A stretch of 64,000 nt of DNA from Paramecium tetraurelia (taxonomy: Eukaryota): positions 310,001-374,000 of the forward strand of contig CT868241.1 in NCBI GenBank assembly GCA_000165425.1, in the 5' to 3' direction. Both the position numbers and the translations under genes were made by a program. Positions 54,226 through 64,000 of the stretch are shown one piece after another (positions within the stretch are counted from its first letter, which is position 1; each line of letters opens with the position of its first letter). A model generated the notes under the pieces. It was not told where the DNA came from. It did not search any database and saw nothing but the letters and a program-made list of their open reading frames with translations.

Positions 54226-55083
54226 ATGATAAAATGGTTTTGTATGCTCTTCATTTTTGAATAGTTGCTTGCTCAGGATTTCCATGTCACAATAGAGGAA
54301 ATTAAAGAAGAAATCAGTAAGATCTCCATTTATTCAGATAGATAAAAGGAAGATTTACTTTGGATCTACAGTGAGAATAGAACATTAAAGTTCAGCATAT
54401 TTCCTCCACTCACACTTGGTGTCTTATGGAAGTGGATCAGGATAGCAATCTGTCACTGGAATGCAGGCTGATAATGATTACAATAGTTTATGGACTATCA
54501 AAGAGTGTCACAATCAACCTCTGAAAAAATATGGTATTGAATACGTGTGATTATTATAGATGATCAAATAAAGTGTGGAGATTGCATTAGATTAGAACAC
54601 ATGTTGACATTTAGAAATTTACATTCTCATCCTCATTAAGCTCCCTTTTCTGGAAATCAAGAAGTTTCTGCATATGGAGATAATGGCAATGGAGATGCAA
54701 GTAATTCAATTAATATATATTCTTTAGGTGATGATTGGATTGTGGAATGTATAGACTAGAAGAGTGGTGATAATTTTCAGGCATCAATGTACTTTTATTT
54801 GAAACATAAATTAACATCAAAATATTTGAGAAGCAATAAAAAAGATAATTTCAATCAGAGAAATTGTGGATATCATTGTCCAATTGAAGGTTAACTTGAA
54901 ATTAGTGCTTAATCTGTCAAAAATGCAGATGCTAAATGGAAAATACATTCAGGACTATTCTATCAATAACCATAATAATTAGATGATGATTATGATTAAG
55001 ATGGTAGACATTGCAACACCTATGGATAATGTGATGACATTGATGATGATGAATTTGAGACTGTTGTATAAAAAGACTTGTGA
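54226..55083 (+). CDS. SDF2: Stromal cell-derived factor 2-like (MIR-domain ER protein)
   Basis: Signal peptide; LHSHLVSYGSGSGQQSVTG, IRLEH..NLHSH..PFSGNQEVSAYG; ends VVQKDL*. Confidence 0.9.
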
Positions 55084-55129
55084 TTTATATTATTATAAAT
55101 ATAATTATATATTATTACATTTATCATTT

Positions 55130-55582
55130 ATGAGAAGGTACATTATATTTCTACGATTATAGTAAGTAGGGCACAACTATACAAAAGTCAGAAAAGTCAA
55201 TTAAAAGTCAATCTGAATACTCTGATCATAATATTAGTTATACTAGCACTAGGAAAGACATGCTTAGTGAGAGACTGGTCAATTCAGGGGAACAGGCCAG
55301 ACTTGAAGAATATTTAAAACAAAAATTCATAGATGTTGGGTGGAAAGATGACTTGAAAAATCATGCAAAATGTTTAACATAATAATATCTTTAGAATTTA
55401 TTAGAGAGAATGGACTCAAAATTGTTCACAAGGAAGATTTATATAAATTATTATCTGTCAAAGGCAAGGAAACTGTTCCAATGAAATTAAGAGAAGACAT
55501 AGTTAGAAGATTAGAAAGATTCATAATTGAACTTGAATAGGAAGAGGAAGGTGAGTATGATGATGATGATGATGATATTTGA
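55130..55582 (+). CDS. ENY2: ENY2/Sus1 transcription and mRNA export factor
   Basis: RLVNSGEQARLEEYLKQKFIDVGWKDDLKNHAK..IRENGL..KGKETVP; two tiny introns; acidic tail. Confidence 0.82.
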
Positions 55583-55636
55583 TATTGTTATTCTTTCTAA
55601 GAATGTTTTGATTTTATTTTTTCTATGTAATAAATG

Positions 55637-56516
55637 TCAAATGTTTAACTCAACTTATAAAGCAGTTAAGTATGACATTGGGCACACTTTACCTATTGTC
55701 TTTAATGGCACAGATAATCCTGAATGGATAGACAAACTATATTTATAATCTATTTAAATTGTTACTTCTCATTATAATTGTATTTCACATATTATCTGAC
55801 TTCCAATGCTTAATTTATGTAAAGTCTCCAATCGCACTTTTTGACTTTAGCATGGCAGACCAAATCAAGATTCAATTAATTATCCACTTAGAATCCACAA
55901 GCTTTGTCGTTTCCTCTTCTTCTCAAATAACCCAATTTGATTTCTTGGTCTTGACAACTTAATTTGCTATCTAAGCTATTGGATGCCTTGACGAAAAATT
56001 CGTTTAAATTTTCAGTGTAATTTAATAGTCCATCAAATTTTAATTGATTAGTAGCAGTGTTCCATTGGATTCCTTCTCTTAAGTACCATTTTGGTTGTGT
56101 GTAATTGAAGTTGTAATTGAGGAATAATCCTGATTCACAAGTTACCCCTAATTATGAATAAATTCTATACATACGGAATGCCAGAAATTCTTGTTGACTT
56201 CTTTTTACAATCCAAATTAATATTATAGTTTTTTATTGTTCGAAAAGAATTTGGCAAAGTAGGATGCCTCGAATTTACCAAGCTTCCATTATCCAAAGTC
56301 TAAACCTAATTTCAAATCAGTGTGATCTTGCACTCTGAAATGAACCTTGGTACCATTCCAAGGGAAGCGGACATCGACCTTTTAACTCTTACAATATTTT
56401 CTAAATCTGAATGAGGTGTCTTAATTCTTCATTTGACCATTAATTTATAATGAGTGATTTTCAGGGTTGTCCACAAAGAAGGTGTAGAATGCACTATCTT
56501 TTATTTGGCTTGTCAT
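55637..56516 (-). CDS. Beta-strand-rich protein, possible divergent porin (VDAC/Tom40 superfamily)
   Basis: About 275 aa of alternating polar/hydrophobic strands (KVHFRVQDHTDLKLGLDFGQWKLGKFEAS); ends YLTALQVELNI*. Confidence 0.4.
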
Positions 56517-56569
56517 ATTTTTATAATTTTATTTAATAAATCATTTTATTTATAATCTAACAATCAAAC

Positions 56570-57938
56570 AAATATTCGAAATTCAAAATTAACCAATAAC
56601 CTCTGAAATCTATTGGAATCAATTATCGCAAAAATGAAAGAACATAGAAATCAATCGTCTCCTCTAAATTGTTTAGTATATCCTAATTATGCAAAATTTA
56701 TTTTAACAATTAACTAATGAAATAGTTATTTCATTTTTTGCTTACAGTTAATTCTTATAATAGTAGAGTTATATATATATTTGAATAATTATTATGTGTA
56801 ATATTGCTCTATTATTCAAACTTGACCCTACAAAAGTGGAAGATTCATTAGATTTATCAAGTGAAAAAGTTTAGATAAATCTACTTCCTCTTTACGCGAT
56901 CCTCTGATTAAAACTAATCTACTTGAGTCATTAAGCTTGACTTGTTTGTTAAAAGGCTAACAATTGTATACATTGGACCTTTCAGGTTCAATCGCCTTCT
57001 CTAATTAAGAAATTTTGGCAACTATTTTGTTGACTTCCTTTGTATTCCAATCTGATGATACAGAATATTTATGTCCAACGTTTAATTTAGAATCTAAATC
57101 ATTTTTTGTATGGTTTGTACATGAAATGTTAGAACAGAGGATCATTTTTTTGTAACGATGTTTCAAAGCAAATTCGGTTCTCTTCTTGCTTTCTGTCATG
57201 GCTGAAAGTCGAATGGCTATCTCAGCCCATTTACGTCCATGTTGTAAGAGCAATTGTAAGAAATAAAGATCCTCTGAATCACTCCATTCTTCACTGAAAT
57301 CATAAAAAAAGACTTTACCGATTAATTGATGGATCCAATTTATTACCCCATCTTTCTCTACATTATTTTGGTGTTCTCGTGATTTTACTTTAACTTACAT
57401 CATTTAGCTCTTTTGCTATCTTACTCCATTTGTTGCCTTTCTTCTGTTTCAAAAATGACCTTTAAGTTAGAACAACAATTTACAATATAATTTCAAGCAG
57501 TTACCAATCTTCTTAATCAGTCCAAGGATTATTATAGGCTGATTAATGTAGAAATTATAAACTCATTTACTACAATTCTTTCGGAGTCCTGTAAGTGGGC
57601 ATCAATTCACTAATTAGCAACCATTATTCATCAGACTGATTATAATTTTTAAAATATACAAGTTTTAGACTAAGCGGAGCTTGGACACTAATCAGAATAC
57701 ACTGAAGTAATATTTCCTCATTTTTCTCTCGATCATCTGTAGCCTTACTTTGTTGAAGCTGGTAATACATTCCTTCTAAGACTTTGTAATTAGGAATGGA
57801 GTTAAAGTGTAACATCCATTTCCTTTTATATTCTTTTATGTCAACGTTTTGAATTTGAAGAAAGTTCAATTTATGAGAATGTTAGGATTCTTCAGTGGAT
57901 TAATGATAAGATTATTAGTGAACATGAAGGAAGCTCAT
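56570..57938 (-). CDS. R2R3-type Myb transcription factor
   Basis: PWTDQED, KWSKIAKEL..RTPKQCRERWGNKLDPSINR, WSDSEDL..HGRKWAEIA..RTEFALKHRY; 3' end approximate. Confidence 0.85.
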
Positions 57939-58333
57939 ATTCTTATATGTTTATAAATTAATAAAATCTGTCGCATTCACATAATTTCTTTAAATATTAT
58001 GCTTCCTGAATATCTTCCAAAAATATAAAAGTTTTAGTATCGAAAATTTATAAGTACAAATTTACGTTTGTACTATGAGTCATTTATCTCATAGATTACG
58101 TATGGGTAGATTAAAAATTACAATAACAAACAATTTAGAAGACTTGGTGTCAATTTTCCATCTTATTATAATAATCACAAATTTTTGGATACTTTTATAA
58201 AATATATTATTATTTATTAAATGTAATAAGGAAAATTTTGGAAGTAAATTTTAAAACTTGATTTCATTCCCTTATCTTTTATTCCCATAAATAAATAACA
58301 TTTGATTTAAAATATATAGAAACAAAAATTTAT

Positions 58334-61300
58334 TCAAATATAAGGCTAATGCTATTTTTAACTATGAATTTCCTTTATTTTCTATTTCTATTTGTAAATT
58401 CGATCCAAATCCAATATCTCCTGTCTTTTTTCACAATTCTTCTCCATGATCCTCAACTATTTTATTAGATTTAATAATTTTACATCCAAAGTCGGTATTT
58501 TATTAAAATGAAATCTGCTTAACTTCAATATTGTAACATCATCATGAAATGCTCTGATACGTCCAAATGAATTAAAACCTTTAGTATTGAACATCAAAGT
58601 TTCTCCAAAATAGTCCCCATATTTTATGTAATAATTGTTGAATCCATTCGGATTTTCTATTTCACACATGCCTGAAAGCATGATATAAAAGCCTTCTAAA
58701 TGCATTCTATTGTATTTTAACTAATCTATTTTGTGCTTATGCTTGATAATCAATTTCTTTAATTTGCTTTGAAAGTGACAATGCTTGTATTAATCAATCA
58801 ATCTATGAGTCATCTAGATTGTTGCTTTGGGTTATTTCCTAAGATGGATGTATTCAAAATTTTCATAGTAAGACCCATCATTAAATAAAACTGTATTTTT
58901 TTTGAGATTACGTTTCTCCATCAATTCATAAACTAATTTATATAGAGTTAAAATGGAGACTCCTTTAAAAATGGACAATTATTGTAATCTTGTCAATAAT
59001 TCAATACCTTCCATCTATTGTTGAGCCTCCCATAACTCTTCAAAGTAGTTCTTCTGAATTGAGATCAATTCTAATCTTGTCTGAGTTAAAAACCATATGT
59101 CTGAGATGTTGCATAAACCATTGTCTTTGTCTGGACAGCCAAGTATATCTCCTTGTTTATAATTAGCTTAATTTCAAAATAATTATTACCAATTATATCT
59201 GGTCTCTTATATTAAACTCGATGATCGTAGACATTCACATTACCTGCCACAATTATGTGCACTTCATTTTCCTTAGGAAATATTACATTATCCTTTTCAA
59301 CTACAATCAATTTCATATTCTTCAAAAATACTCTCTTAAATAATGATAAATAAATAATACTAGAATGCTGGTGGCAATTCTCTTAAAGAAGCTTGTTTAC
59401 TTGAGTTCAACTAATAATTCTTCCTCTCTCACCCATTGTTGATTAATCCAAAATTTAACTAGATTCTCGATGTAAACATCTTACTCTATAATTGATGTTA
59501 CCAATTTATGAAATTCACAAAAAACTAATGGATTAAATTTTATTTCTAGTTATCTTTTTTAACTAAATAAGACTGCTAGCATGAAGTGAATACACAAACT
59601 ATAATTTGTAGCTCTTGACGATTCTTTAACTATTTTATAATCTTCTGCAGCTCTTTCTAAATTGAACATTCTTTTTGCACAAATCCCTCTCAAATATACA
59701 TACAATGATCTGTCTTTAGAGTTATCATTTTGAATAATTAAATCCAATAATTGTTATGATGCTTTAAATGATCCAGTTTTGTATAAACAAAGTGCATATC
59801 TAAATTTAAGCTGATTGGTTTCTGCAAATTATAAGGCTAATTGGAACCACTTTTTGGCAGTCATGATTTTGCCCAACTTCTCGTATATTATGGCTACTAA
59901 CTATACGGCATTAGAATCCAAAGGATTGGTAATCAAGGCCTATTTGAAACAATGCAAGGCTGTTTCAATATTTTCTTTGAGATGTTTAATACCTTTATTG
60001 TACCAAAAGTATTTATCTTCCTATTGTTTCTCATATTTTTCATCTAACAAGGCATTAAAATTAACTAATTCAGTTTTATATTTAATTCTAGTTTCAGAAT
60101 TACAATTCAGTAATTGTTTAGTTTTTTAGATCAATTATTTAGAATTAGCAACACTTACATCTGACTATTTATTTGATAGCATAACTGATTTATTTGATAT
60201 GGTAGGATTGATGAGTTATTGAATATAAATAATATCTTCTTCTTCATTGATCTCAACATTTTCACTTCTTCCTTAGTTTATGTAATTAAATAATTATTTG
60301 ATTTCAGGGATATTGGAACTTGTATCCTATTATTTTGGTTCATTCTAATTCAATGAATCATCGTTATACCAACCAATAATTTATTTGGTAACATTTTAGG
60401 ATTGATTACCCTTAGTTAAACTTTAAGACGTGTTTTAATTATTATTTAAAGTAGCTCTACGACTTACTTAAGAGACCTTGGGATTCTATTAAATTGATGA
60501 TCTGATATTAGCTTATTTCATTGATGCTTAATGAGGTTTGTAATCAATTGAATCAGTTTCACACATCTTAAGTTTGTCCTCTTTCACAAGTTTTAGATTG
60601 ACCTTTTCCACCAGATTGCCTTCAAATTTTTCTTTGGTTTTTGTTTAATCGCCTTTACTTCTGCATTCTTTGATATATTCAATCATCCCGTTAGCTTTTT
60701 TTTGACCATCTTTATCTTTGCACTCTTTTATATACTTAATCATATCGGAAGTTAATAGAGAACTCTCCATTTCATCTGTAGTATGTGTTCTGGTACGTGC
60801 TTCTGAGTTTTTCTTAGTTTAATGGCTTTACTGCACCTTATCTGGATTACTTATTTGATTTTGAGTTTGTTATGTTTATGTAAATTGAAAAGGCTTGGGA
60901 ATTAAATTTAGATTGGATATCTTTTATTCCTACTCAGAATCTGGATTAATTAATTATTTGATAGATTGAACTGCCTAATTTAATTGCTTTCTGATTTCTG
61001 CCTACTCCCTCTAATGAAATTTCATCATGGATCTAAAATTATTGTCGATCATCTATTTTTCCTATTAACTATTCTCACATTTAACTATTTGATTTTCTTC
61101 TGGATGCCTCACCTTTTCTTATTTTTCTATCTACTATTGCAATTAATTAATCTCCTTGTATGCAAAAGATAAGGGGACCTCTTCATTTTTAGAGTAATTT
61201 CTAGTAATGTTTTCATAATTCTATAGAAAGATGTGATTCTCAATGGTTCTTTTTTATTAATTCTAATGAGTTGGTTATTCATGGACACTGAATCTTCGGG

Positions 61301-61903
61301 ACTAGTTATCAACACTGCTCAATCTCCTGTAATTTTCATCGGATTACAATAGAACTCCCCTTCTTCTAGATCCTACCTATTTTCTCTTGAGCTTTTTGTC
61401 CTCTCTTTCTTGGATTGGCTAACCGAACATCATTAATTTAGGTTCTAATTTGACGTGATTAAAGAGTAAATTCTTAGGATTCAATATACTTTCCCCATTT
61501 TGAATAATATATTTTTCATTTTTGGATATTTAATCTGTAAACAAATATTCTTTGATTCCCTTTTAAGTGGTTGGTAATCTGTATCTACTTTTTAATTCTT
61601 CTGCATATTATTATGGAACAAAGAATCTTTTCTTATTGTTGAGTAATTATTCCATTGGTCTATTTTGTGATTAACAATACCAATCATCTAATGCCTATTC
61701 TGTCATTTAATTTAGGTTTATCTATCTCTCTCCACTCAAACCCCTTGATTATCTAAATTGATCAATGTTTGCTGATAATGCCTGAGAATATATAAATATA
61801 TAATCACTCTCTCTTCCTAAATTTAAATTTAACTCTTATCACTTTCATGAAAATCATATTTCATACCACAAAAATCATGATTCCTACAACAAGGAAGTTG
61901 CAT
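58334..61903 (-). CDS. Large protein with TPR-like repeats and two cyclic-nucleotide-binding domains
   Basis: TPR-like AVQLVAIIYEKLGKIMTAKKWFQLA and YLRGICAKRMFNLERAAEDY; cNBD-like VHIIVAGNV..GDILG and FYIMLSGMCEI..GDYFGE; start approximate. Confidence 0.7.
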
Positions 61904-62832
61904 CTTATTCTTTTATTTCATAATTTATATAATTTTTATAATTCAAATTCCTCTTTTTGAGCAAATTCCAATTCCTTGACTAGCTCATCCATTAACTTTT
62001 ATAAATGTTTTACTTGACTTTCCAATTTCTACTTACGCCTTATAATTTGTTCTTTTTAATTCAGTTTCATGTCAATTATTTTATATTTTATATTGATATT
62101 AAAATTCATTCTATTAATTCCATATGTTAAACCCTGTCTCAAAGTAAATCATAATCAATCACACTTACTATAACTTGTACACTCTCTTTCCTTACCCAAT
62201 ATTAGGACTTAGAATTTAGATTTTCTACCTGAAAAATGTTTAATTTTGATTTAAATGTGATTAAAACAAATGGTAATAAAACTCTTCCCTAAGAAGCCCT
62301 CGCAAATACTTAAATCACATTGAGATTCTCTTATAAAGGCTATTTTGATCAATCTTGACATCATCCTTATGTAGAGTAATCAAATAATAAGGTAGTCTAC
62401 TTATAGAGTTTAAATCGACTAGAATCATAATAAGCATGGCCAATCTATTCACTTGAACCAAAATTTATTTTATTTTGAATAGTATCATTTTGACTATATT
62501 CTATATCTTTTAAGTTTATCATTCATTGAAAATATCCTTCTTCATTTTCCATTTCGAATTCCTTCTACTTGGCTCCTACTTATTATGTTAGAGCATTTAA
62601 TCTGAAGTAAACTTCAATAACATCATAATTCCTCTTTCATATGTAATTGTCACCATAACTCCTTTACACCCATACATTTATTTGAATATCCACATGATTT
62701 CTTCACCTCCTATTAAGTATCTTAATGATAGATCTATATAATTTGTAATTTATTCCCTTTAAAATCACTTTTTTTCTTTCCCATTATAAATCTAAGTTTA
62801 GTTAATTAATTAATTGTCTAACAGCAACTCTC

Positions 62833-63959
62833 ATGTTACAAAAACAAAAGAATTAGAAATCCCTTATTTTAGAACTTGACTATGAAGCCGAATACAAGTC
62901 AATAATGAGTTCAACAAAAATGACTGAATAAAAAATAATATCTAAATTTGTTGATTTATATGAAGAGGTGCTTGTTTAAATCAAAGGTTCCCAAAATCTA
63001 GTATTTCATATTTGAATAATTAAGTATTTAATCAATAAAATGGCTAACTTCAAGAGTGGGAATGTTTTTAATATTGATGTATTGTAGTCGAATTTCAAAT
63101 ATCTAATCACATTGTTAATTCAAGAATTAGTATACATTTACCTATCTATATTTAGATTTAATTTTAAAGGCAAGTGGATTCCCAAAACGTTGAACCCAAT
63201 AAATCGAATAATCTCGAGTTAAATTAAATAAAACTAGACCTCTAAAAATTAAAAAATGTAATACTTTTTTTATTGAAAATTAAAGGACAACACCCACTTG
63301 TAATATAAAATTAAGGAACTTGAATAAGAATTATATCAATAGAAACAGCTAAATACTACCATATGCCAAGATTTGTTAGAGGCAAGGCAAAAATATTAAG
63401 TAAATATGATAAAAACCTCTTTATTAAGGAATTATAAAAGAAATATAATTAGGAGACCCAAATTAAATAATCAAAATCCTTCCATACATTCTATGATCAA
63501 AATATAAAAGAAAAACTTAAAAAATTACATACGATATACTAAATTGACAAATCCTTAAATAATAAATCAATAATAAACAAAAAGTAAAAATTAACGATCA
63601 TGACCGAACCTTGTGATTCCGATTCACAGTATAGCAGGTACAGCACGATTATACAACAAAATAATTCCCAAAATGACAAAACCAATAGCAGAAATATACA
63701 AAATCAAACCATTGAAAGTAAACTTTTTATTAATTATTATTTAGCTGTCACATCGGTTGGAACCGAAAATAATTATATATCTGATTCCTCTTCATGTCTT
63801 CTAAGTAGTAGTTTTTATAAGAGGAGAGAGAAATCTAACACCCTCTCGTTTGAGTTGTCCCAAGAATTGTATTAAAATATTAAGCCCGCATCCCATCAAG
63901 GTCTTCCCATTAACTCTAAAAAATAAAATATATAAACTTAATTTAGCCGATAATTGTGA
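62833..63959 (+). CDS. Hypothetical protein
   Basis: MLQKQKNQKSLILELDYEAEYKSIMSS... coding-like frames with probable tiny introns; no motif recognised; end approximate. Confidence 0.35.
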
Positions 63960-64000
63960 TTACTAATTTATTTATATTAAATATTAATCATTCATACTCA

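Overview
This AT-rich, gene-dense 64 kb window looks like ciliate macronuclear DNA, most likely Paramecium. In conserved genes TAA/TAG sit in frame at Gln positions and TGA is the only stop. Introns are tiny (about 20-30 nt, GT..AG) and many intergenic spacers are only tens of bases. The supplied standard-code ORF track is therefore fragmentary, so I re-read the genes by hand with translation table 6. Recognisable genes: a MORN-repeat protein, two Myb factors, cytosolic Hsp70 with upstream heat-shock elements, two LITAF proteins, complex I B8, ATP synthase alpha, a CBM20-EEP fusion, pyruvate phosphate dikinase, dynein roadblock, a class I PDE, a YqgF/RuvX-like nuclease, ELMOD, MPP-alpha, a cNMP-binding channel, TECR, glutamate dehydrogenase, SDF2 and ENY2/Sus1. 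Best leads: an Atg13-like HORMA protein; an intronless CBM20-EEP gene beside a Bacteroidetes-like PPDK; a YqgF homologue; a GON4L-like SANT protein with a 45-Gln tract written mostly in TAA/TAG; and a divergent gene pair whose start codons are 8 bp apart. Four frameshifts cluster in ATP1 and PPDK and are probably consensus errors. I saw no rRNA, tRNA, CRISPR, telomere or transposon. Family calls come from motif recognition by eye, not database searches, and boundaries of hypothetical genes are approximate.
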